Source: Minisyncoccota bacterium
Lineage (GTDB): Bacteria > Patescibacteriota > Minisyncoccia > UBA6257 > JAVHQB01
Assembly (NCBI GenBank): GCA_035404205.1
Contig: DAONGQ010000003.1
Location: 1 to 43,572 of the forward strand
Reading direction: 5' to 3'
Length of the DNA: 43,572 nt
This document shows positions 35,576 to 43,501 of this stretch, piece after piece; positions within the stretch are counted from its first letter, which is position 1; every line of letters begins with the position of its first letter. The position numbers were made by a program, and so were the translations under genes. The notes beneath the pieces are model-generated. The model had not been told where the DNA came from. It did no database searches and worked only from the letters and a program-made list of their open reading frames with translations.

Positions 35576-38101
35576 CTAGCTCATTTTGAACAACAAATTT
35601 ATAACCTGACTTTCCCAATTGTTTTCTAACTCTTTCCAGTATCTATAACTTTCTCGTTTGTATTCCACCAAAGGCTCGTGTTGTCCATAGCTACGCAAGG
35701 TAGTGCTATCTGGCAAATCATTCATCCGCACTAGATGATCCATCCAAAGTAAATCACGTAATCGCAAACAAAGATTTAAGACCGTGTTACTCCATGTCTC
35801 CCCTAGCCGCTTTTGCTCTTCTTTCAATTTATTGTCTAAAAATTCCTGCAAGATATGCTTTATCTCGCTACGGTTTTGGGATTTCTCTATTGCCTCTATG
35901 AGATTAGGGTCAGATGTCGGTAGCCATTGTCCAATTACTTTCAATAAATCGCTTACTCCCTCTGAAGTGACTCTCTCCCCCAGAGTACCGTTCAAGATTA
36001 ATTCTAATTGGTTATCAATTAGTTCTAACAGCAGGCGCAAAAGATCTTGCTCTGAATGGTGCTCTAGTAAATCTTGTCTTTTGGCATAATAAGCTTGACG
36101 CTGTTTGTTGAGTACATCATCGTATTCCAAAATATGCTTACGCATATCGTAATTAACCCCTTCTATCTTGGCTTGCGCCGACTCTACGGCTTTGCTAATT
36201 AAAGGATGGCTGATAGCTTCGTCTTCAGGAAGATTCATTTTGCTCATTAAACCAGAAATATTTTGAGGAGCAAAATACTTCATTAAATCATCTTCTAAGG
36301 AAATAAAAAACTGGGCAGAGCCTGGGTCCCCCTGCCTGCCAGAACGACCCCGGAGCTGATTATCTATACGCCGTGACTCGTGTCTTTCTGTGCCCATCAC
36401 ATGCAAACCGCCTACAGCTAAGACTTTATTTCTTTCTTCTATAGTGGTTGGATTGCCTCCAAGAATAATATCTACACCCCTGCCAGCCATATTAGTAACA
36501 AGGGTAACGGCTCCAAATTTTCCAGCCTGCGCAATGACGGACCCTTCTGCTTCGTGATTCTTGGCATTTAAAATATGATACGATACCCCCTCAATATCTA
36601 AAAGCTTTCCTAATTTTTCATTTTTCTCTGGGGAGACTGTTCCTATTAACAAAGGCTGCCCAGTTGCATGGCGATTTTTAATTTCCTTTACCACCGCCAT
36701 CCACTTCCCTTTTTCGGTTCTAAAAATTTGATCAGGCAGGTCCTTCCTAATTAGCGGTTTATGCGTAGGCAAACTGACTAAATCCAAATGATAGACATTT
36801 TTAAACTCTTCGGCAGAAGTAACAGCTGTTCCCGTCATGCCTCCGAGCTTATCATAAAGCCTAAAATAATTCTGAATAGTAATAGTGGCGCCAGTCCTAC
36901 TCTCTTCCTTGATTTCTACACCTTCTTTAGCTTCTATGGCTTGGTGCAAACCCCCCGTATAACGATGGCCGAATTTAATACGCCCAGTAAATTCATCCAC
37001 TATTAAAACTTCGCCGTTTTTGACAATGTAATCTACGTCTTTTTTGAACAACTCTTTGGCCTTTAGGCTTTCTTCTATATAATGAACATTGCCAATACCG
37101 GAATCGTCAAAAATATCTTTACCAAAAATGGATTCGATTTTATCTAAACCGTCTTCGGTTAAGCTCACTGTTTTAAATTTATGGTCAACAGTATAGTCCT
37201 TGTCTAAGTCTAAACGATTGACTATCTTTGCAAATTGCTTATACAAAGCAGCTGCATTTTCATCGGGTACAGCTATGATAAGAGGCGTTCTGGCCTCATC
37301 AATCAAGATACTATCTACCTCGTCCACAATAGCGTAATGATGACCTCTGCCAGTCTGCACTTGTTCTTCTAGACTATTGGCTAAATTGTCACGCAGATAA
37401 TCAAAACCAAACTCAGTATTGGTTCCATAAGTAATGTCAGCCTCATAAGCCTCTCTCCGAGAAATTGGTTTAAGATATTCATCGGTTACCATAAAACTGC
37501 CCTGAGTGTCTCGCTGCTTATCCTGATTTTCTAATTGAGCAATAGTTGTTTCCTTTAAAACCAGGGTATGTTCATCGCTGCTTTCAAAAGTATTCTCTCG
37601 CTTACCTGCATACAAATAAGATTTGTCTTGAACTATACAGGCAACTGTGAGTCCCAAAAAGTCATAAATCTGACCCATCCAGGTGGTATCGCGACGGCTC
37701 AAATAGTCATTAACAGTAACCACATGCACACCTTGACCGCTTAAGGCGTTTAAATATGCGCTCAGGGTTGCTGCTAAAGTTTTCCCCTCGCCAGTTTTCA
37801 TTTCGACAATCTTGCCATCATTTAAAGCAATACCACCGAATAATTGCTCGTCAAAATGTTGTTGACCCAAGGTTCTGCTAGAAGCTATTTTTACTAAAGC
37901 GAAAGCCTCTGGCAGCACTTTGTTCAAAGATTCCCCCTCTTGCACTTTTTTCTTTAAGGTTAGGCTATGGTTTTTAATCTCTAAATCGCTCAATTGGTTA
38001 AGTTGAGACTCTAAGAGATGAATTTTATCAATAACAATTCGATTTTTTTGTAAAAATCTTGTATCAGTATCTGGCCACAAAAAATCAAACCAATTTTTCA
38101 T
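35576..38101 (-). CDS. secA: Preprotein translocase ATPase SecA
   Basis: MKTGEGKTL Walker A, VDEVDSILIDEARTPLII, TNMAGRGVDI and RGRSGRQGDPG. Confidence 0.96.
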   Translation of the reverse strand: MKNWFDFLWPDTDTRFLQKNRIVIDKIHLLESQLNQLSDLEIKNHSLTLKKKVQEGESLNKVLPEAFALVKIASSRTLGQQHFDEQLFGGIALNDGKIVEMKTGEGKTLAATLSAYLNALSGQGVHVVTVNDYLSRRDTTWMGQIYDFLGLTVACIVQDKSYLYAGKRENTFESSDEHTLVLKETTIAQLENQDKQRDTQGSFMVTDEYLKPISRREAYEADITYGTNTEFGFDYLRDNLANSLEEQVQTGRGHHYAIVDEVDSILIDEARTPLIIAVPDENAAALYKQFAKIVNRLDLDKDYTVDHKFKTVSLTEDGLDKIESIFGKDIFDDSGIGNVHYIEESLKAKELFKKDVDYIVKNGEVLIVDEFTGRIKFGHRYTGGLHQAIEAKEGVEIKEESRTGATITIQNYFRLYDKLGGMTGTAVTSAEEFKNVYHLDLVSLPTHKPLIRKDLPDQIFRTEKGKWMAVVKEIKNRHATGQPLLIGTVSPEKNEKLGKLLDIEGVSYHILNAKNHEAEGSVIAQAGKFGAVTLVTNMAGRGVDIILGGNPTTIEERNKVLAVGGLHVMGTERHESRRIDNQLRGRSGRQGDPGSAQFFISLEDDLMKYFAPQNISGLMSKMNLPEDEAISHPLISKAVESAQAKIEGVNYDMRKHILEYDDVLNKQRQAYYAKRQDLLEHHSEQDLLRLLLELIDNQLELILNGTLGERVTSEGVSDLLKVIGQWLPTSDPNLIEAIEKSQNRSEIKHILQEFLDNKLKEEQKRLGETWSNTVLNLCLRLRDLLWMDHLVRMNDLPDSTTLRSYGQHEPLVEYKRESYRYWKELENNWESQVINLLFKMS

Positions 38102-38165
38102 AATTTAAGTTATCTTAACAATTTTCTTTTAATTCTAAAATCAGAATAATAGACAGAAAATCTGT

Positions 38166-38498
38166 TTAGCTATTAATGTTTCTTTTTAGATTAATTCTCC
38201 TTTCCTTCTTGTCTACCAATTGGGCTTTCAGATTCTTCACACACTTATCTAGAATATATTTGACATCGTCCCCCTCTTCTTCGGCTACCAAATTGTCTTT
38301 TAATATTTCTAACGTTAATTTTACTTTGACGCTATAGCCCTTTTCGTGATGCGTACCCAAGGAAACCACGGCTACTTTGAGGAGGGTTTCTGGACCAAAA
38401 CGTTCAGTTAATTTGCTCAACCCGGCGGTTTTCTTTTCGATTAAACCAATCCAATAATCATTCAACTCAAAACCTTGACTATTTATGGCAGTTTTCAT
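38166..38498 (-). CDS. hpf: Ribosome hibernation promoting factor (short HPF/RaiA family)
   Basis: 110 aa with the beta-alpha-beta-beta-beta-alpha pattern (LKVAVVSLGTHHEKGYSVKVKLTL...DVKYILDKCVKNLKAQL). It sits in the classical position directly upstream of secA. Confidence 0.75.
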   Translation of the reverse strand: MKTAINSQGFELNDYWIGLIEKKTAGLSKLTERFGPETLLKVAVVSLGTHHEKGYSVKVKLTLEILKDNLVAEEEGDDVKYILDKCVKNLKAQLVDKKERRINLKRNINS

Positions 38499-38573
38499 GA
38501 GCTAAGACAATTTAAATTGATTTGTCTTATTATATCAAAACCGCCAGTAAAAACCAACCAATTATAACCAAAC

Positions 38574-38600
38574 AAAAAGCGCGAAGGAATCGCGCTTTTG
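38574..38600 (-). terminator. Intrinsic (bidirectional) terminator downstream of the Lys-rich micro-ORF
   Basis: aaaaa-agcgcga-aggaa-tcgcgct-tttt. On the minus strand the stem is followed by UUUUUGUUU. Confidence 0.7.
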
Positions 38601-38670
38601 TTAGGATTCAATGTTTACAAGAGGAGGTTACTTTCTCTTTCCGAAAATTTAACATCCTCATTTGACAAGA

Positions 38671-38760
38671 CTATTTCTTGCCGTGCTTTTTAGCAGTTTT
38701 CTTTGCTACTTTTTTGGTGGCTTTCTTGGCTACCTTCTTAGTGGCTTTCTTCTTAACCAT
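38671..38760 (-). CDS. Candidate 29-aa Lys-rich micro-protein (MVKKKATKKVAKKATKKVAKKTAKKHGKK)
   Basis: Hand translation; too short for the ORF track. ATG at 38760, TAG at 38671-38673. 15 of 29 residues are Lys, in a KKxx period. A strong terminator lies ~70 nt downstream. No obvious SD. Confidence 0.35.
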   Translation of the reverse strand: MVKKKATKKVAKKATKKVAKKTAKKHGKK

Positions 38761-38938
38761 ATTATGAAGATTTAATTTTGCTTTATCTTTTACCGTGCGA
38801 AAAACTAAATTGTCGACCAAAGAGACCTAATCAATTTATTTTTCACACTTGGAAAATTGTTTTTTTAATTTCAATCTAATCTCCTTAGATAATTTTATTA
38901 CAATCATTTTAAAATTCAAGTCCTCCAGTTTCAATGAC

Positions 38939-39062
38939 AACAATTTTTTCACTTCATTGAAAACTGTTTAATTAAATTCTCTTTCATCTAATTTAATTAT
39001 AACAATTTTTTCACTTCATTGAAAACTGTTTAATTAAATTCTCTTTCATCTAATTTAATTAT
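38939..39062. repeat. Perfect 62-bp tandem duplication (2 copies)
   Basis: 38939-39000 and 39001-39062 are identical: aacaattttttcacttcattgaaaactgtttaattaaattctctttcatctaatttaattat. A degenerate partial copy lies at about 38832-38863. Confidence 0.95.
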
Positions 39063-39182
39063 AGAAGTTTTCAATACAAATGCAAGTGTGAATAACTTTA
39101 AAAAACACAAATTTAAAAAAATCGGGTTAAAAACAAGGAACAAGGAAAAAATTTACAATCAATCTTGTTTTTTATTAACAGA

Positions 39183-40136
39183 TTAATCAAATTCGCCTAA
39201 AAAATTAATCTCCGGAATTAATTTTAATTTAAATTTTCCCCAAACATTTTTTTGGACCAATTGAATAAGGGCAAATATATCTTGCGCTCGCGCTCCACCC
39301 AAATTAACTAAGAAATTACAATGTTTAGGCGAAACTTCCGCATTGCCAATCCTACATCCTTTAAGTCCGCTCCTTTCTATTAGCCACCCTGCAGGAATGG
39401 TTTCCTTAAAAAGTGGTAGAATTTCAGCACTGCTCGATAAACTTTTATCTAACTCCATTATTGATACATTTTTAAAGACGCTCCCAGCACTCGGATATTC
39501 TAACGGCTGCTTTTGTTTGCGTTCTTTTAAGTGGTCTAAAATAATTTGACGGCCAGTAGTAGCATTACCAACCTCTAGGCGCAGAAAAATAGACCAAATA
39601 ATTTTTTTCTCTTGTTGAAACAGGCTATGACGGTAACCAAAATGGCAATCATCATTTTTATAAGTCTTAAAAACTCCTTCTCTCAAATCATAAGCATACA
39701 CCGACCGCACTATATCCTCCATACTTTGGCCAAAAGCGCCTGCATTGCCATAAACCGCTCCCCCCACTAAGCCAGGAATACCGGCTGACCACTCTAATCC
39801 AGTAAAAAATTTAGAAGCAGTGTTACAAAATTGAAGTAAACTTCTCAGGCTTAAACCACCGCCCACCCTTAATTCAACATTTCTAGCACTTAACACTTTG
39901 CTATTAATTTGTTGGTTAGAAGGTTTAATGACAAGTCCGTCATAGCCCTTGTCAGAAACTAGAATATTACTGCCTCCTCCCAAAATATAAACCGACTGCT
40001 TATGTTTTTCTGCCCAATTCAAGGTTTCTAAAAGCTCGCCCGGGGTTGAGGGACGAGCAAAATATCTAGCCTTTCCGCCAATGTTATAAGTAGTGAGTGG
40101 GGCTAGAGAAACATTTTCGAGAAGTTTAATTTTCAT
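39183..40136 (-). CDS. murB: UDP-N-acetylenolpyruvoylglucosamine reductase
   Basis: FAD-binding YILGGGSNILVSD, GLEWSAGIPGLVGGAVYGNAGAFG and the C-terminal MurB domain. Confidence 0.93.
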   Translation of the reverse strand: MKIKLLENVSLAPLTTYNIGGKARYFARPSTPGELLETLNWAEKHKQSVYILGGGSNILVSDKGYDGLVIKPSNQQINSKVLSARNVELRVGGGLSLRSLLQFCNTASKFFTGLEWSAGIPGLVGGAVYGNAGAFGQSMEDIVRSVYAYDLREGVFKTYKNDDCHFGYRHSLFQQEKKIIWSIFLRLEVGNATTGRQIILDHLKERKQKQPLEYPSAGSVFKNVSIMELDKSLSSSAEILPLFKETIPAGWLIERSGLKGCRIGNAEVSPKHCNFLVNLGGARAQDIFALIQLVQKNVWGKFKLKLIPEINFLGEFD

Positions 40137-40149
40137 TTAACTGATACTA

Positions 40150-40710
40150 TTAGGCTAGACCTAAACTCTCGTCAATCGCTTGCATAGCCTGTAAGGTTAT
40201 AGTAATAAATTCATCTAAAGAGATACCAAGTAATTCATTACATTTTAAGATATTAGGTCTATTTACCCCCCTGGCAAATCCTTTTTCTTTAAAACGTCGC
40301 AAAACATTATCTGTTTGCACATCTTTAATTTTACGCGATGGCAACACTAATGTCGTGGCCACAATAAGCCCCGTTAGAGAGTCAACACAATAGATTGCTT
40401 TAGCCATTAATGTTACCGGCGGAAGGCCATGGATGTCATTGTGTGTTTTAACGGCTTCGGCAATATCTGTTCCCAGTCCCTTATCAATAAGCATTTGAAA
40501 CCCCTTGAGGCTATGTTCAGATTCATTATCCTTAGTAGCTTCATAGTCAATATCGTGGAGTAGCCCAGTTAGACCCCACATACTTTCATCCTCGCCGAAC
40601 CTTAAAGCCAGGCTTTTCATAGCCGCTTCCGTCGCTAAACAATGCTTTAGAAGATTGGGCTCTTTTATTTCTTCTTTTAGCCAATCAAAGGCTTCTTCTC
40701 TTGAAATCAT
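40150..40710 (-). CDS. HD-domain (HDIG-type) metal-dependent phosphohydrolase
   Basis: LKHCLATEAAM...GLLHDIDYE carries the H...HD metal motif; 186 aa. Confidence 0.75.
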   Translation of the reverse strand: MISREEAFDWLKEEIKEPNLLKHCLATEAAMKSLALRFGEDESMWGLTGLLHDIDYEATKDNESEHSLKGFQMLIDKGLGTDIAEAVKTHNDIHGLPPVTLMAKAIYCVDSLTGLIVATTLVLPSRKIKDVQTDNVLRRFKEKGFARGVNRPNILKCNELLGISLDEFITITLQAMQAIDESLGLA

Positions 40711-40716
40711 TTTATT

Positions 40717-40935
40717 TTAATCTTTATCCTCGTCATCATCGTTACTATCCTCCTCGTTCTCGGTCTCCCTCGCATCTTCAGGCGCCTCTTCGGTAATAGG
40801 CTCAACTAATTTAAAATCACTTTTTCTTCCTACTTTGCATTCTGGACATGTATAATCCTCTGATAAATCCTCAAATTTTTTCCCTTCTTTATCCTCATCA
40901 TAAACATAACCGCAAATTTGACAGATATATTGCAT
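40717..40935 (-). CDS. Rubredoxin-like CxxC...CxxC protein with an acidic C-terminal tail
   Basis: YICQICGYVYDED...DYTCPECKVGRKSDF matches the rubredoxin knuckles. The tail is EEAPEDARETENEEDSNDDDEDKD. Confidence 0.7.
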   Translation of the reverse strand: MQYICQICGYVYDEDKEGKKFEDLSEDYTCPECKVGRKSDFKLVEPITEEAPEDARETENEEDSNDDDEDKD

Positions 40936-41038
40936 AAAATATATTTTAAATTAATATGCGCTCTGACTCCTTAATTTTAAGATAATAGATTTAAAAAAGC
41001 AATTGTCTTCGTCCTCATTATAGAGTGTTTTTAAAGCA

Positions 41039-41068
41039 TTGACAAATCAAGTATTACCTATTTATAAT
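41039..41068 (+). promoter_or_regulatory. Near-consensus sigma70 promoter
   Basis: TTGACA (41039-41044), 18-nt spacer, TATAAT (41063-41068). Confidence 0.6.
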
Positions 41069-41075
41069 AACTTTG

Positions 41076-41563
41076 TGAATGGGCTTTGATGACAGCTCTC
41101 ATTCACATCCTTTCGAGGTTGAAATAAGGTTGACCTCCCTTGGTCTTTGTACTAGGGAGGAGAATCTTGGTCTCACTTTTGGGTCAGAAGACGGGATGGT
41201 CTTATGTCCCCATTATAGACAAATAAGATCGGCTGGTTTGCTTACAGGCGGATGTCTTCTGCGTTATCGTGGTCTCCAAGCCATTTCCAGACCATGGCAG
41301 ATCTTGTTTCACTGCAAGCAAATACCGACCCTGTTTATCTAGAAGGGGTGACGTTTGATTATCCCGTCTCGTCCCTTGCCCTTTACAATTTAACTTTTGG
41401 TGGCATCCTACTTTTTTGACTTTTTGTACCCCCGTATTTCTTTTTTCTTTTTATTCTCTTTTTCATTTTTACTCATCTTTACCGCATTTTCTTTTCGTTG
41501 TAGCCACCTTGCTCTTTATATTTTCACTCTTTGCCATCTCCTTGTAGATGGTTTTTCTTTTTT
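41076..41563 (+). ncRNA. Candidate novel structured non-coding RNA (~490 nt), family unrecognised
   Basis: Bounded by the promoter above and the terminator at 41534-41563. The 5' ~320 nt are about 46% G+C by hand count, with several 7-9 bp helices. The 3' portion is ~79% pyrimidine. There is no convincing ORF. Confidence 0.4.
41534..41563 (+). terminator. Intrinsic terminator
   Basis: ccatct-ccttgt-agatgg followed by tttttctttttt. Confidence 0.65.
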
Positions 41564-41652
41564 CATATAAAACTGACTTTTAATTTAGGCTCTTTATATT
41601 TTTAAGGAATTTTAAAAGTTCCCGTGCTAAACTGTTCTTACAGCCAAAAAAT

Positions 41653-42705
41653 ATGCAATCTTCAATCACTCCCAAAAAAATAGTCACTATAGGCGGTGGC
41701 ACCGGTAGTTTTATGGTTCTTTCTGGTTTGAAAAAATACAATTTTGACCTCACCGCCATTGTTTCTATGTCTGATGATGGCGGCTCTACTGGTATTTTAA
41801 GAGATGAATTAGGTGTTCTACCGCCAGGAGACTTACGACAGTGTTTGGTGGCCCTTTCAGATTCGCCTGATATTATGCGTAAAATTTTTAATTATCGTTT
41901 CAATAGTGGCAGTTTGGAAGGGCATAATCTTGGAAACTTATTACTTTCGGCTATGGAAAAAATCACTGGCAGCAGCCAGCAAGGGATTAAAGAAATTGGC
42001 ACTATTTTAAAAATTAAGGGACGCGTTTTACCGGTATCGTTAGAATCTAGCAACCTAGAAATTGATCTTAAAAACGGCTTAAAGCTAATTGGCGAAGACA
42101 AAATTAATCACAATTACGCTCTAGACACCATTGGCATAAAAAAAATCTCTCTCAACCCCATACCCACTGCTAATCCGGAAGCTATTCAAGCTATTTTAGA
42201 AGCAGATGTAATTATCATTGGACCGGGAAATCTCTATTGTAGCCTTTTACCCAATCTTTTAGTACCAAAGGTCAGCAATGCTATCTCACAGAGTCATGCT
42301 AAAATTATCTACATAGCCAATCTAGTTAACAAGCGCGGGCATACCAGTAATTTTAGCCTTGATAATTATATTCAATGCCTGCAAAAATATTTGCATGGCA
42401 AAAAAATAGATTTTGTTATTTCTAATGTTCAAAAACCCTCAGCTGCTTTATTAAAAAAATACCAAAAGGAAGGCGATGAGTGGTTAGAAATAAAGGGCGC
42501 GAAAAACGAAAACCAGCCTCCCCGCGTCTCTCCCACCATAGTCCAAGCCAATCTGCTGAAGAACACTCTCTATAAACCTGTCGCCGGGGACCATATTAGC
42601 AACACCCGTTCCCTTATTCGTCATGATAGCGACAAACTCGCTAAACTTATTAATTTGATTGTAGAATGGTCAGATAATCCAAAAATCCTCAAACAAATTC
42701 TCTAG
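41653..42705 (+). CDS. yvcK: YvcK/CofD-family protein (gluconeogenesis factor-like, UPF0052)
   Basis: IVTIGGGTGSFMVLSGLK, MSDDGGSTGILRDELGVLPPGDLRQCLVAL and IIIGPGNLYCSLLPNLL. Confidence 0.85.
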   Translation: MQSSITPKKIVTIGGGTGSFMVLSGLKKYNFDLTAIVSMSDDGGSTGILRDELGVLPPGDLRQCLVALSDSPDIMRKIFNYRFNSGSLEGHNLGNLLLSAMEKITGSSQQGIKEIGTILKIKGRVLPVSLESSNLEIDLKNGLKLIGEDKINHNYALDTIGIKKISLNPIPTANPEAIQAILEADVIIIGPGNLYCSLLPNLLVPKVSNAISQSHAKIIYIANLVNKRGHTSNFSLDNYIQCLQKYLHGKKIDFVISNVQKPSAALLKKYQKEGDEWLEIKGAKNENQPPRVSPTIVQANLLKNTLYKPVAGDHISNTRSLIRHDSDKLAKLINLIVEWSDNPKILKQIL

Positions 42706-42730
42706 CAACCACTTCACACAAAAACAACTG

Positions 42731-43288
42731 CTATTTAATAGCAGTTGTTTTTGAGAATAATCTGCTTATAAGCCTATAGGCTATCCAGCCACAGAGTATA
42801 CCCACGCCTATACCGCCCAAGACGTCCAAGGGCCAATGAACCCCCATAAGAATACGCCCTAAACCCACAAGAAAGGCCACCGCAAAAGCGCCGATTCCAG
42901 TTTTCTTATTATATAAGAAGAGAACCATAGCCAGGGCAAAAGCTAGGGCAGTATGACCGGAAGGAAAAGACTTGGTATATTCTGTAACCTTTAAAAAATT
43001 TTTATAATTACCAACTTCTGGCATTACGAGAAAGGGTCGCTCCGATTTATAAACGTAATGAATAGCTGGAGTCACCATTACATTGGAAAAACAACAAGCT
43101 AAAATTAAAATGGACAACCATTTGATTTTTTCTTGTTTGGGTTCTTTACTTAGAAGCAAATATAATAAAATAACTATTCCCAAAATATAAATAAGATATT
43201 CCCCGCAAAACAAACCGATAGGCACATTCGTCGGGAAGAAACGATTTAAGTTATAAATAAATTGAAAGATGTTTAAATTTATTGCCAT
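42731..43288 (-). CDS. PAP2-family phosphatase (BcrC-like undecaprenyl-diphosphatase candidate)
   Basis: KSERP, PSGH and HWPLDVLGG, which are the three PAP2 motifs, in a polytopic 185-aa protein. Confidence 0.8.
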   Translation of the reverse strand: MAINLNIFQFIYNLNRFFPTNVPIGLFCGEYLIYILGIVILLYLLLSKEPKQEKIKWLSILILACCFSNVMVTPAIHYVYKSERPFLVMPEVGNYKNFLKVTEYTKSFPSGHTALAFALAMVLFLYNKKTGIGAFAVAFLVGLGRILMGVHWPLDVLGGIGVGILCGWIAYRLISRLFSKTTAIK

Positions 43289-43302
43289 AGGACAATTCTA
43301 AC

Positions 43303-43323
43303 AAAAAATCGCCACTGTGGCGA
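43303..43323 (-). terminator. Intrinsic terminator downstream of the disrupted tRNA copy
   Basis: Minus strand UCGCCA-CAG-UGGCGA followed by UUUUUU. Confidence 0.55.
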
Positions 43324-43349
43324 AAATTATCAACTTGTTATATTAAGGG

Positions 43350-43451
43350 CTGCGGGACTTGGATTCGGACCAAGATACTGGGCTTCAAAGGCCGAGGATA
43401 TAATCTGAGATACAGGTTTAATAACCAGTACCCATGTCCTATTATCCCGCC
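43350..43451 (-). pseudogene. Disrupted tRNA-Gln(UUG) copy (39-nt insertion in the anticodon stem, D-arm deletion)
   Basis: The 3' 45 nt (43349-43393) are identical to the intact gene at 43501-43545. Then come a ~39-nt insert (43394-43432), an 11-nt match (cccatgtccta), and a truncated 5' end that lacks the D-stem 5' strand. Confidence 0.6.
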
Positions 43452-43478
43452 AAAAAGGCGGGATACTTCCACCCCGCC
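43452..43478 (-). terminator. Intrinsic terminator of tRNA-Gln(UUG)
   Basis: Minus strand GGCGGGG-UGGAAGUA-UCCCGCC followed by UUUUU. Confidence 0.6.
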
Positions 43479-43501
43479 AAATTATTCCTTTCTTGGCAAA
43501 G

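Noticed and set aside
38939-39062. The 62-bp repeats considered as a possible CRISPR array or minisatellite-like mobile element.
   Set aside because: The two units are contiguous with no spacers. They are too long and AT-rich for CRISPR repeats, and no cas genes are present. There are no terminal inverted repeats with target-site duplication typical of MITEs. I report them as a regulatory or iteron-like repeat instead.
41079-41342. An 87-aa plus-strand ORF that starts ~11 nt after the strong promoter's -10 box, raising the possibility of a leaderless mRNA.
   Set aside because: Its Cys/His/Arg/Gly/Leu-rich composition is unlike every confident protein in the window. It has no SD and contains no motif I recognise. 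The region shows extensive helix potential that continues beyond the ORF. I kept it only as an alternative to test under the ncRNA finding.
41396-41409. The sequence ttGGTGGCAtCC resembles the conserved T-box antiterminator core (GGTGGTACC), suggesting a T-box leader.
   Set aside because: I could identify no specifier-loop/stem I architecture. The complementary gccacc lies ~100 nt away across a polypyrimidine tract instead of forming a compact terminator. The downstream gene (yvcK-like) is not an amino-acid-related gene.
43394-43432. The 39-nt insert in the second tRNA-Gln copy considered as a genuine tRNA intron.
   Set aside because: The insert lies within the 5' strand of the anticodon stem rather than in the anticodon loop (37/38). 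It is far too short for a group I intron. The same copy also lacks the D-stem 5' strand and has a G-A mismatch at the acceptor 1:72 position. A pseudogene or scar is the simpler explanation.
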